Shown here piece by piece: positions 11,429-24,092 of a stretch of 64,000 bases of DNA. Location of the stretch: the NCBI RefSeq assembly GCF_018977255.1, contig NW_024704742.1, positions 65,474,001-65,538,000 of the forward strand, written 5' to 3'. The notes under the pieces were generated by a model. It saw nothing but the letters and a program-made list of their open reading frames with translations, did no database searches and had not been told where the DNA came from. The first letter of the stretch is position 1; each line of letters opens with the position of its first letter. The stretch comes from Callorhinchus milii. Taxonomy: Eukaryota. Position numbers and translations under genes: made by a program.

Positions 11429-11865
11429 TGTGTGTGTGTGTGTGTCTGTGTGTGTGTGTGTGTCTGTGTGTGTGTGTTGTGTGTGTGTGTCTGTGTGTGT
11501 GTGTCTGTGTGTGTGTGTCTGTGTGTGTGTGTCTGTGTGTGTGTGTTGTGTGTGTGTGTCTGTGTGTGTGTGTTGTGTGTGTCTGTGTGTGTGTGTGTGT
11601 GTGTCTGTGTGTTGTGTGTGTGTGTCTGTGTGTGTGTGTGTGTGTCTGTGTGTGTGTGTGTGTGTGTGTGTCTGTGTGTGTGTGGTGTGTGTGTGTGTGT
11701 GTCTGTCTCTCTGTGTCTGTGTGTGTGTGTGTGTCTGTCTCTCTGTGTCTGTGTGTGTGTGTCTCTGTGTGTGTCTCTCTCCGTGTCTGTGTGAGTGTGT
11801 GTGTCTCTCTCTGCCTCTGTGTGTGTCTGTCTCTGTGTGTCTGTGTGTGTGTGAGTGTGTGTGTG
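10146..11865. repeat. ~1.7 kb compound (TG)n/(TC) microsatellite
   Basis: Directly visible; it accounts for all the CV/HT low-complexity ORFs. Confidence 0.99.
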
Positions 11866-12849
11866 GCCTCCACTGGTGGTAAGTGGCTCCCGAGGTCGTC
11901 CTCTCACTGCAAATAAATAATCTTTGCGTTTCTCACAAAGTCGCAGTATCTGTAGTGAGTGTAATTTGTAAGGAAGCCAGGACACAATTCATTTTGTGCA
12001 CAGTACGCTTCCCCCCCCTCCTTTTCGAAGACTAATTCCCCCAAATAAAATTGGTCATTTGATGGATGTTGAGTTTATCTGGAGGCTGTCGGTCAGGACA
12101 AACAACCACTTGCCCTCATTTAGCTTCTTTCAACAACAACAACAACAAGATTCCATTTATAAAGCGCCTTTCACGTCAGGAGGACGTCCCACATGTTCAC
12201 ATGTCAAAGCGCTTCCCAGAGGCAATGTGGGAATTTGGGGCGAGGATTTCAGGAGAGTTATCATCCTTGTAGTTGGTAGTGCCTTGGGATTATTTATGTC
12301 CATCTGAACAGGGCCCATGGTTTAGCATCTCCTCCAACAACCCATCACACCTCAAGCACTACGTGCTCTGGGTGCAAAGTGGTGGAAATCGTTACTGGTC
12401 AGACGAAGCGGATGTGATTTGTGACTGGGATGAGGGTTGTCTCAGTACTGTGGGAAACCAACTTGTAGGGAATGATGGGAGAGAAAGAGTATAAGAAGCT
12501 GGGCCATCAAGACATCTTGGGAAAGGGGTCAAGGAGGGATGTGGTAGATTTTGTATGAGGGATGGCGAAGGGGGAAATGTGTTTGAAGGTGCGACGGAAT
12601 GGGAGGACTGGAGGTGGAGCAAGCAGAGGCAGCTGAATAGATGTTATTAACTTTGGACACCAGAAAGTTCGCGACCGTATATTTGGTGCCAGAGATGAGG
12701 AGGGCAGGAGCGTGGGAAGGTTGGGAGGAGGTAGTCAGTGGTCGAGATGAGAAATGAGGACTTGGCTGAGAAGACAGAGAGATGGTGGGTGGCAAGATCT
12801 GGACCACATCAAAACTCACCATTTATGGATCGTTAAGCGATATTCGATT

Positions 12850-13125
12850 CTGGAACACAGGAACAGGACTGGGCCTTTGAGCCTGTTTTGCCATTTGATT
12901 AGATCATGGCTGATCTGTACCTCAACTCCATTTATCCGCCTTTGCTCCATATCGCTTGATACTCTTACCGAACAAAAATCTATCGACCTCGGTCTTGAAA
13001 ATTTGAATTGATTCCAGCATCCATAGCCTTTTGGGGGAGAGAGTTCCAGATTTCCAATACCCTTTGTTTGAAAAAGTGCTTCCTGATTTCACTCCTAAAT
13101 GGCCTAGATCTAGTTTTAAGATCAT
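12850..13125 (-). mobile_element. CR1 LINE 3' end fragment
   Basis: Translation SRPFRSEIRKHFFKQRVLEIWNSLPQKAMDA is typical of the CR1 ORF2 C-terminus. Confidence 0.8.
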
Positions 13126-13607
13126 GTATGGTCTGATGCACAGACTTGGGACAGAGTATCAAGTGGCCTGGCAGAAATGGGAGACAATTTGGGATTGTTA
13201 ATGACGAGATGAATTTGGAGGTGAGGTCGTGAATGAGTAGCTAGATTGATGGATACATTGACGTCAGGCAAGTGAGGAGAGAGAAATTCAGAGGACTTGA
13301 ATTGAGGATGTTTGAGGGGAACAAGGTGCAGATAATTCTTTTTACTGCATTGTATTATTGGGCAATTTTCCCATTCCAATTGATTCATCTTCACAATATT
13401 GCAAGAAATGTGCATTTGTAATATTATTAAAGTTTGTTAGGCAGTAAGAAAAATGTTTTTGTATGTCTATGTGCAATTTGTAGAGTTGCTGTGGTACAAA
13501 CTTGACATGAAATTGCACCTAAAGTAAACTGTAAACTGCAATATATAAGTAAACTGCTGATAACTCGACACTGACTTAACTTGTCACTACCACTTAAGTT
13601 GCCATGC

Positions 13608-13812
13608 ATAATAATAATAATAATCCCTCCAAAAACAATAAGAAATTGGTCATTTTCAATCAACGACTGTTTGTGTGACATTGCTGTGCGCAATTGGCTG
13701 CCGTGTTCGCCCACAAATATACAGTCAATTCACTTTACAGTGTGTTCTGTGAAGCGCTTTGGGACGTCCTCCTGACGTGAAAAGCGCTATATCAAATGCA
13801 AGGATTATTATG
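13608..13812 (+). mobile_element. 5'-truncated SINE
   Basis: Matches the SINE body and tail consensus. Confidence 0.9.
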
Positions 13813-15220
13813 CAGTCTATCCCGGCAAAATGTTAATAAAGGACTCTGCTTTACTTGTCATTGTACATCTAATGTAACTAGTCGCATTCTCGAAATTCTT
13901 GAAGTACTTAAACAATGTAAAATTGATCAGGTAACTTGTCCTATCAGATGGTGTCTTATATGACAGTGGCCTCCTGTGACTGCACTCGGCGGAGGTTTTG
14001 CATGCGTGCTCAGATGCATCGCAGTGGCCCCTAGTCTATTGGAGGGCTGCTCTGTGGCCTACTGCCCTATCCTGTGACAGCTCATGGCCCTCCAATATGC
14101 CAGAGGCCTCTGCGATGTATTTGAGCATGCTCACCCAACCTCCACCGGGTGCCTACACCAGTCACAGAGCCACTTTGTAGACCTATCCGTAACTTGCCAC
14201 TCTGGATAACTTGCTGATGAGCTCTCTTCCCTCAGAGTGACGAGTTATCTGGAGTTTACTGTAGTCACAAACATTGTCTTAGCATTTTGCGGGCAATGTA
14301 TCGCAGTCTGCTACAGTGTGCATTTCTCTTTTTTAAAAAAAACATTTAATCATGAAACTATTCAAAAATCGAAAGGCGATATGAGACTTGTCATTTTACA
14401 AAGTGTGCCTCACTATCTTTATTTTCTGAAAAGGAGCATTTAGCAGTCTTCTCTGTGATAAAGGTTACTGCTGCTGGCCAGAATTGTAGCTATTTTGAGT
14501 GTGTATACTCCAGTTGAGTTTCTTATCGAACAATGCTTAACTTTACAGAGGTCATGCATCTAGTGTTTTTTGCAAATTGCAAAAATTCTGTTGTGCTAAA
14601 ATCTATGGAAACTTACCAATATTGCATTTCTATAATGGGTCTTTTTCCCGCCTGTTCTCTAACTCTACACTAGGAATAGGCAAATCAGTGGAATTTGAGT
14701 TTCATTTAGATTGGGTAATATCTCCAGATTTTAGTAAAGGATGAAGAAATTGGGTCTATATAGCATATTTGGACTATATTTTGAACTTACACACTGAGGA
14801 AATAGCACCCAACGTACAGCTTTTTTAAAAACTTTTGTGAATATTTTGTTTTACATCTTCTTTGGAAGAAATTATAATATGATAAAATACATTCTGTATA
14901 TTCATCCAGGTTTCGGCACAATTTTAAAGCAACGTTTGACAGGATTCGTATGAATTAAAATCCAAGCTAAACATCAAATGAGTTATTTTAAGCTAACCAT
15001 TCAGTGAATTTTAATGCCTCAGAGAAAGGTTATCCCGGTGAGCTTTGGTTTGATTTTAGGAATGCTTCTCTTTTGTACTATGTAAATACTTTTATGTTAA
15101 CTCTTTATCGTTTCTGCTTTGGGATTAAAACAGATTTTCAGCATTCCACTGTGGTGCGATTGGATATTTTAAGACTCCCTTGGTCAGAGTCTTAAAATAA
15201 ATCATAGTTTGATTACCACC

Positions 15221-16135
15221 ATGAGCGGTGGGAAGATATTTGTAGAAACACTAAAGAAAATTGGTGAGCCTAAAGCAACTCATCTGGATGGGGAAGATTT
15301 TGATTGGTTGTTTGACAGCGGAGATAAAAAGACATTTCTGGAATGGTTCTGCAAAGGTATAAATGAACAGAATGTGTTAACCACAGAAGAAGTGGATGAA
15401 TTTGAAAAACTTAAAAAATCTGGGAAATCTCTATTTGATCAGAAAGCCTTAGATCCAATCTTGCAGACGTATCCTAAAGAATCTGATTCAAAATATGGTG
15501 ACCTGGCAGAAATATCAGGTGAGGAATTAGAAGAAGAAGTAAAAACATTACAGTCACTTCGAAATCTTAAAATCCAGAGACGAAATAAGCAGCAATTAAT
15601 GACTTCAGCAATCCATCTTGTACCACTGAAGGATGAAAAGGATGAAAGTACCAAACTGTTAATAGAGACACAGGAGCAATTATCTGCTGAGAATGCCAAA
15701 TTAAATGCTATTCTGTTGAAAATCATTGAAGGGGTGCAGCAGTTGACTGTTTTGTACTCAAATATTGGATCAGAAATGAAAGCAGGCCAGCCTAAAGTCT
15801 TTCTGTCACAACTTCTATTGAACAATTATCTGCAAAAGGAAGAACAATGCACAGCAGCTCTCACAGCCTACACAAAGAAGCAATTTTTTGAAGGCATAGT
15901 GGAGCTGGTCGAGAGTTCGGATGTGGACAAATTTCAGCTGGTGGATTTAAGTTGTCAAACATTGCTGGAAGAGAGTAATGAGGTACGCAGGGAATATCAG
16001 CAACAGATGACCAGACTCCAAGCAGCATACACAAGTGGCAAGCGCCAGTTAATTCTGGCAAAAGCCAAAGAGCAAAGCACCAAAGCTGGTGTTCAGTATG
16101 CGGAGAAGATTTTCTCTCTAATACAAAAGAGAAAG
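15221..16135 (+). CDS. HAUS3: HAUS3 coding exon 1 (915 nt)
   Basis: ATG at 15221; donor AAG|gtaggt; contains [15 protein letters not shown] motif. Confidence 0.96.
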
Positions 16136-19100
16136 GTAGGTCATTTTTTAAAATAATATTGTAGCTGGTTATTTTGGGATGGGCACAGTATCTGTGAAGA
16201 TTTTGTAACTTAATTTGCCTATAAATGCCTGATAAATACTATTGTCTCTTGAATGTTATTCCATGAAACCGCTCTTCTGGTTGTTTCTTCCGAGGCACCT
16301 ATTTCAAATGAATATTATTAGGAAACTAGGAAAAAATTTACATAACACCAATACCTGTGGCAGTGCATTTGTTGACTATTCTGAACAACATCATTCGAAC
16401 TAGATAAGCAACAATAACTGCTACTTATCTAGTGGTGTTTATGTAAGGTAATGTTTAAAAAATGCTTTTTGGAGACTGAGTAGGGGCGCTGAGCACAGAG
16501 TGAGGAGATAAAAGGGAGTAGGGGAGATTACCAAAGATGTAGTCAAAGAGGTTGGTTCGTAGAAGGGTTGTCGAAGCAAAAGAGAGGATGCTTATATACC
16601 CTCCTCATCCCAGAGACTCTAATTCTACTCATGGCTACTCATCACAAATGAGTTGCTTGTATTTAGTTTATGTCCATAACAACATACATTTATATTTAAT
16701 CTCATTCTGTGGAGTTCTGTGGGATAATTTATGTGCACTAACTTAATATAAGCACTATATGAATTTAAATAATTTTCTCACTTTTGCGCCCCCTCACCCT
16801 GCCACTGGCACACTTAAGGTTGCTTATTTTGGTAAGTAAATAATGCTTTCAGATACACCAAATAAACAGACAAAATGTGCACAGCTTCAGGGATTTAAAA
16901 TCTGTTTTAGAACAGACACCAACTCCCACAGGGGGCAATCAACAGTTGGAACGAGTTACAAAGAAGGTGGTTGGATGGTTGAGGCCAGGACACAGGACTT
17001 ATAGTATTTTAAAACAGCTTGACACTGTTATAGGAAGCTAATAGGATTCTGGAAGTATGGTCCTTCTTGCAGTCTTTTTGATGTTTAACTTTGTAATTTT
17101 TTTTAAAAATAGGTGAATGATGGAGAAAAAGAAACCCAAAGCGAAGGTGTTAAATGCCTGAAAGAGATAAGCTGCCAAGTGGAACAGCTGATTAATAAAG
17201 AACTGCCCGACTTGATTGTTGAGAATGCACAACTCTTAAATATGCCTGTAGTAAAAGGCAATTTTGACCTTCAGGTGACTCGACAAGACTATTACACCTC
17301 TAAGCAGGATGAAGTAGCTCGCCAGCTGATCAGACAGAAAACCCGTTTTGAACTTCTTCAGCTAGGATATGAAATGGAGTCACGAAGTCACAGAGATATC
17401 CATTGTGTGCTTGAAAACCTTACTCAGGAACTTGAGCGGATCAGGAATGAGCTTGCCCAATGTTTGAAGGTACTGTCTGATCAGTGTCTCGTGCAAAGCA
17501 ACAGACAGCGGAACATCATTGATTCAAGAGATACTTCTGCTATCAGGTAACATTAAGGTTAACATTCTGGAATAGAAATGTAATTGACACCTTTGTTGCA
17601 TGTACTGTATTTTTAAATGATATACATATATTATATATATTGTATGAAATATAAGTCATTCCCTTATATTGTTGGATTACTGTAATGTCATTGGCGCATG
17701 TGTCATACACATACCATTAATAAATGGTAGTCTTGTGGGTCATTGAGTTGCTGCCAATGTCACTTCCTGTCACTGGTCGTGTTTGCTAGTAATGTTGGTG
17801 GCGACCAATCAACCAGAAGTTGAATTTTTATTTAGTGTGGGGGGTGGGGGGGTCCGCTGGTTGCACTTTCTTTTGAAGCAGGTTAGCATTTTATGGACCC
17901 TAATTTATAACCCAGGTTCTGCTGTGCTTCTAAATGCAGCAATGAAGCAATAAATACATTAGATTACTAATATGCTGTCACATTATTCCCCTTAAAGTTG
18001 CTTATCTTGCAACAGTAAGTGAATTCATCCTCTAAGGAATTATATTGAGTAAAACTCAGATTCCTTTTGTTTCCTGCCTTGAAGAAGGTTAATGGAGGAG
18101 AGGTGCTTCTCTTAACACTGGGAGGGGAGAATACATGGCATAATTTTTAGACTCATCAGGAATTGAAAATAATAATCATAAAAATCCTTGCATTTGATCC
18201 AGCGCCTTATGTCATTGAAATGTCTCAAAGCGCTTCACAGAATGTGCTACAAAGTGGAGTGACTTGTATTTTGTGGGCGAATCTCGGCAGCCAATTTGTA
18301 CACAGTTTCCCACAGACGGCCATGGGGTGAGTGACCAATTTTATTTTGGGGATTTTCAGCCAGGATGCTGAGGAAAACTCCCGTGCCATGGAATTTTACC
18401 TGAACAGTCAGATCGGTTTAATGTCTCATCTGAAGGATGGCGACCCTAGAAATTCTCTTCTCTCCTACAAAGTGAAAGACACAGCAAATTCTCAATTCAA
18501 TACTTCCAACAATTCAAATTTAGCAGATTAATAGGGACAGCAATTTTATTCAGCCACCTTAGTGAGCTATTAGAGAATAAATTAAAAAGGACAAATTAGT
18601 CTTAATTCCCTAGATAAAATTCCACTATTTTCTAAGGGATTGTTGCCCAGCAATTGCAAAAATCCTTAATTATTGTGTGCTATGTTTACATGAAATCCAG
18701 CTCCAGTATTTTGCTCTTTCCCTTTTTTCATCTTGCTTTTTCAAAGCACACCCAAACAAACACTAGTCAACAAAATAGGAAAAACGAATGCTCCATGGCT
18801 GCGGTTTAATCTCTTTAGAGCCCTTTTGAAATGTGATTTTTGTTTTCTTACTTCAGACTGTGTCAGATTTTGGATGGAGACAACAGAGAACAGCTATTTA
18901 GAACTTATGATCACTTGGAAGAACAAGGTAAAATGTTACAGAATGAAGCTGCCTCATTGCGGTACCAGTTGGAGAAGAACAGAAGTGATGAATCCTATCT
19001 ACGGTCTTCCTTGGAATCAGATATAGAGAGACTTCGTTGTGTGATGTATTCTGGGCCAAAGCAGCTTTTACTTCATTCTGAGGTACACAAATTATATTTT

Positions 19101-21982
19101 TAGTCTATTTAAAAATTGTGTTAAAGTTTACACTTCTGAGTATAGTAACATTAATGTTTAAACCGTAGAAGCTTTTTACAATGGGGGGTGGGGAATGAAT
19201 TTAGCCAAGCAATACTTCAATCATTCTCAGCGCTAGGCATCGTCGGGCTCAATGTCCTCCAAATCATCAACAAGCCAACAGCATCCACTGTTGCTTACGG
19301 CCTGGACAGGAATGGCAGGAGGGAGAGGATCATCTTTGACTTGGGTAGCAGCACTTTTAACAAATCTACCCTTGCCATCGTTGACAATGGTGGAAGCTTT
19401 TTACTTCCACCATCGTTACGATTTGTATTACTCGATCTTAGTTATGATTATAATAATATTAATGTTTCATGGAATGCTGGGCCAAAAATAAATTAAGTTT
19501 AATATTTGTTACGTTAGGATGCTGTGAACAGCAACAAATTAATAATAATCCTTGCATTTGTTTATATAGGGATGTCCTCCCAACGTGAAAGGTGCTATAC
19601 AAATGTAATTTTGTTGTTTCATGTTGGGAGGAAATACTTCCCTCCCCTCCATGTTGTCATTGGGGCGGGGGGGCACTAGCCATTGGTTTTCCCTTTAGAT
19701 ATCTTATATCGATTTGATAATGTTGTAGCTAGAGGCACTTGGCCTCAGGGAGGCTCAAGGAGAGGAGCCTGCCCCTCATTGGCTATCGTAGATGTCACAC
19801 ATCAGGGAGGTAGGCTCTGGGCTGGTCTGAGTTGTCCCCAGGTCCACCAGCACTTGCAAATTCTTGCAAGTAAAATCTTATCTATTTTTAATGAAGTACT
19901 GTATTATGGGTTTATTTAAACATAGAATTTTATTAACTAAAATAGTTTATCATAGAATCATACAATATTACAGCACAGAAGGAGGCGATTTGGCCCTTGG
20001 TCCTTGGGGTACCTCGCTCTCACCTGGTTACCTGCGGGATACTTCACTCCAAAAGCCGCTGAAACCTTGGTCCATGCCTTTGTCACCTCTCGGCTGGAGA
20101 TTATTCAGATGCCCTCCTCGCCGGTCTCCCCTCCACTGCCATTCATGAAATCCAAGTCATCCAAAACTCTGCCGCCCGCATTCTTACCCGCACCAAACTC
20201 CGCTCCCTGATTACCCCAGTCCTTGCCGGACTGCACTGGCTGCCTGTCCCAGAGAGGATCGATTTCAAGATCCTCACTCTTGTCTTCAAATCCCTCCACT
20301 CCTCTGCACCCCTACCTCTCTGACCTCCTCTCTCCTCACAACAGTCCCCGTTGCCTTTGCTCCACCGGGTCTGTCCTGCTCCTTGTCTCTGAATCCTCCG
20401 CTCCACCATCGGCGGCCGTGCCTTCAGCCACTATACCCCAAGGCTCTGGAACTCCCTTCCTCTCTCCCTTCGCCTATTTTCAGGTCTCGGCTGAAGATCT
20501 TTCTTTTCGACCGCGCCTTTGGTCACCTTCCTCCCCCTGGCTCGGTCCCCGGATCCGTTACTGAGAAGCGCTCTGAGATGCCGTCCGGCGTGGAGGGCGC
20601 TATATAAACCCAAGTTGTTGTTGCCCTTGCCAGCTCTTTGGAAGAGCTACCCAATCAGTCCCACTCCCCTGCTCTTTCCCCATAGCTTGCAAATATTTCC
20701 TCTTCAAGTATCTATCCAATTCCCTTTTGAAAGTTGTTATTGAATCTGTTTCCACCACCCTTTCATGCAGTGCATTCCAATTTAGTTCAGATATTTATTC
20801 CTCGCTCTTTTTACATGCTGGTTTTATACTATGTGTTTCACCGCTAACTTTAATAATTTTGGATCAAATTATTGTGATAAGTGTAATAAATTAAGGTTGA
20901 GTAATGCAAATCATGCTGGAGTCCTACGTAAGGAATAGTTTTGGAATCATCTTGACATTTTGATTTGAGATAGTATAATTCTACAGTAGTCCAGGAGCTT
21001 TCAAGATTATATTTCAAACTGTTTGAGAGTCAACCTTGCAGTTGTATAAACTTACCCTGGTACAGCATGGTTTCAGTTATTGTAAGGATTATGGATCTGC
21101 TGCATACTGAAATGCTACACGTGTGTGGCTTTCAGCACTGATGAACTAGCTCATATATTGATGAACGACTGGACCATGTCCCCCCTCCCTCGCTCCATTT
21201 CATCTGGCTCACCTGCTCCCTCCATAACCTGTAAATGTTATGTTTGGTCTTTGGAAGGGAAACACCTAAATGTTGCTTACCAAGCAGATGCAGGAGGCCT
21301 CCTGGTATCTGGCAGTGCCCAACAACCTCTGGAAACCTCTGAGAATGGTTGCCAGCTTCCTGAGTACATGCATACAGGTACAATGAGGCAATTCTTGAGG
21401 GTTGCTCCAGTGTTGTATCAAGGACATTGTTGTGATGATGGTTGGAGAGTTGGCAACATTTGCATCATAAGATGTTATATAATAGAGCCCAGTCTCATGA
21501 AATGAGCCTCTGCTTCAGTTACTAGGGAATGACGTGTAAGGCGCTATACAAATGTAATTTGTTGTATCCATAATGTAAATTTCCACTAATTTGCCTCAAC
21601 CAGACAAGAGAAACTATATGTCTTTCCTATATTGGGGTGACCAAAACTGGACACAGTATTCTAACTGGTCTTACTATTTATTAATTAGTTTAGCATTACC
21701 TATTTTGTATTCTAATCTCCACATGCATGTATTTCTTTTGTCTTGTAGAATCTGTCAGGCTCCTTCCAAAAATTGGAAAGCCAATTGCAGAAAGTCACCC
21801 AGATCCTTATGGATATTGACAGTGAAATCAAGCCAAAGCGTCAGATTTTGGAGAGCAACTTGCATCTTCAACATGAGAGAAATCTTTATATCCATTTCTT
21901 TCAAAATCCCGACAAACTGAAGGAAATCGTGGAGGGTCTGGAGAAAGAAGCTGAAGCTAATGCCATTGGATTAAAAAGTTGA
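15221..21982 (+). CDS. HAUS3: HAUS augmin-like complex subunit 3, complete spliced CDS: join(15221..16135,17113..17546,18857..19082,21749..21982), 602 aa
   Basis: N-terminus [35 protein letters not shown] junctions keep frame; total 1809 nt. Strong Kozak ACCACCATGA. Confidence 0.97.
17113..17546 (+). CDS. HAUS3: HAUS3 coding exon 2 (434 nt)
   Basis: aatag|GTG ... CAG|gtaaca; contains [29 protein letters not shown]. Confidence 0.96.
18857..19082 (+). CDS. HAUS3: HAUS3 coding exon 3 (226 nt)
   Basis: ttcag|ACTG ... GAG|gtacac; contains [17 protein letters not shown]. Confidence 0.95.
19230..19394 (+). pseudogene. HSP70-family nucleotide-binding-domain fragment (degenerate) in a HAUS3 intron
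   Basis: [52 protein letters not shown] resembles HSP70 [21 protein letters not shown]...[24 protein letters not shown]. Confidence 0.9.
20000..20622 (+). mobile_element. L2 3' fragment inserted into a CR1 3' relic (7-bp TSD GCCCTTG)
   Basis: Translation [21 protein letters not shown] at 19993-19999 and 20623-20629. Confidence 0.85.
21749..21982 (+). CDS. HAUS3: HAUS3 last coding exon (234 nt)
   Basis: ttgtag|AAT; contains [26 protein letters not shown] at 21980-21982. Confidence 0.96.
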   Translation, partial: NLSGSFQKLESQLQKVTQILMDIDSEIKPKRQILESNLHLQHERNLYIHFFQNPDKLKEIVEGLEKEAEANAIGLKS

Positions 21983-22268
21983 TGTGTAACCTCTAAGAAG
22001 AAACAATGATGGTGGAAAATGTACATAAAGCTTTTTGTATAATTATCTGGAGCTGAATAACTGATCAGAGCACAGTTACAGCTTTTGTTTCAAAATCATC
22101 AAAATACATGTATTACAAAAAGTTGAATTGTAATTTGTCAGATACATCAACTGATGAAAGAAAAAATTAAGGAAATGTAAATGGAGCCTTTGTATTCTCA
22201 CATTTGTCAATGTTTGTACGATGTTTCTATCCTTATGGTATTTGTATTTATCTTTGGATTTTGTAGAG

Positions 22269-22322
22269 AATAAAATCCAGATCTGTTCTACAATAGATTT
22301 GCACTTAGTGAATTGAAATAAA
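22269..22322 (+). terminator. HAUS3 candidate polyadenylation signals (AATAAA at 22269 and 22317)
   Basis: Two AATAAA hexamers ~300 nt after the stop, followed by T-rich sequence. Confidence 0.6.
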
Positions 22323-23877
22323 GCCACAGATTTTTATTGTGCTAAATACAATATACAATACAAAATGACATTTGTATAGCACCTTTCATGTCAGGAGGGA
22401 GTCCTAAGGTGCTGGTGTTTATGTGGTGAGGATTAATCTCAAAGGAGCAGACAAGTTCTAATCCATTTGGTCTTTTTTAGTGAAATCCACAATCTCCTTG
22501 TCTCTCACTCTAAAGTCAGGAACGTCCTTATTGGACAAGCAATGGAAATCTTACAATTGCATTTGTACTGATAAGATGTGTGGGTTTATCTAGTTTACAT
22601 AAAGAAATAAAGAAGTGTTTTGATGCTGTCTAAAGTCCTGGTTTCTTCCAGCCTGCATCTGTGTATTCCGACCAAGTGACACTTTGTGGGAAAGCAGAAA
22701 CCATTGGAGAAGTGGAGCTTTGGTGTGAATATGCAATTGGATATTTATCATCAAGCAATTGTTTAACTTTAAGGAGAGTAGTGTTCAGGTGATAAACTCT
22801 CACTTGTATGACAACTGGAAGTGGGCCATTTAGCTCTACTCTGGCATTTTATAAATTCATGTTAATGCTTACCTTTCTAATTCCATTTCCTAAATTTTCT
22901 TCCATCGTCCAAGTATCTATCTCTATCTTAAATAACCCAATACTTCCTCTGGACTTGTCAGAGATATTTCCACATTCTCACATCCCTTATGTGAAGAAAA
23001 TATTTCTGTATTTGTTTTGATTTTGTTCCCTCATTCTAGATTTATCTAGTAAAATGAGGAATGGTTTCCTATTAACCTTGTTAATCCCCTTCTTAATCTT
23101 AAAATCCTTACTCATCTCACCCCTTAACTTCCTCACATCCGGTAAATATTATTGATTACCCCCCAATGCTATCAAAACAGTGGTCTTTCATCCCAGATAC
23201 AAGTCTGATGAATTGGTGCTGGATATCTTTATAAATTGAGATGTGAAAAACTGATTATTCAAAAGGTGATCTGACCAGCGTTCTCTAAATTGCATTACTC
23301 TTTACGTACTTTCAAATTCTAGACCTCTTGTAATAACACTGAGCATTTCATTCTATCATTTCTGCTTTCTGTACCTCAAAAGTGGCCTTTAATGAAATAA
23401 CTGTGGACCCCTCTCCCTTCATCTATCCCACTCCACTGAGAATGGATTCCCCACTGAATAAATTTCCATCTGCTGATCTGTACAAGATATGCTATCTTTT
23501 TGCTCCGTTGTCTGCTACGTTGAACTTTATCTACTTTTATATCCCTTTGCAATGCAATTTTCTGCTTCCTTCACAAAATTGTATCTCCTAAATTATTGTC
23601 ATCTTGAACAAACACCACTTGTCAGTCCCCAGTTAGACATTTTTTATCTGAACTCCGCCTTGTTTCCAGTTAATTTTCTATCTATGACACTAGCTTGCTT
23701 TTCATTCAATTAATTAATTAGAAGAAACCATCTTTTATGTGAAACCTGGAAAATAACTGCAAGTCCTTGTAAATGTAATTGATTATTTTCTTACCTATCA
23801 AACTTGGTTCTGTCATATATGATCTACATTTCACAATACCCTTGGAGTTCCATGATCTGCCTTTTACAGACTGATCA

Positions 23878-24092
23878 TTAATAATAATAATCCCTCCAAA
23901 AAAAACACCCAAAACAGTAATAAATTGGTCATTTTCAATCCACGACTGTTTGTGGGACTACTGTGCGCAATTAGCTGCCGCGTTTCGCCCACAAATATAC
24001 AGTCAATTCACTTTACAGTTTATTCTGTGAAGCGCTTTGAGATGTCGAGAAGACGTGAAAAGCGCGATATCAAATGCAAGGATTATTATTAT
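23878..24092 (+). mobile_element. 5'-truncated SINE
   Basis: Matches the SINE body and tail consensus. Confidence 0.88.

Noticed and set aside
9994..11985. Five 570-660 aa ORFs (poly-CV / poly-HT)
   Set aside because: Artefacts of the stop-free TG/CA microsatellite.
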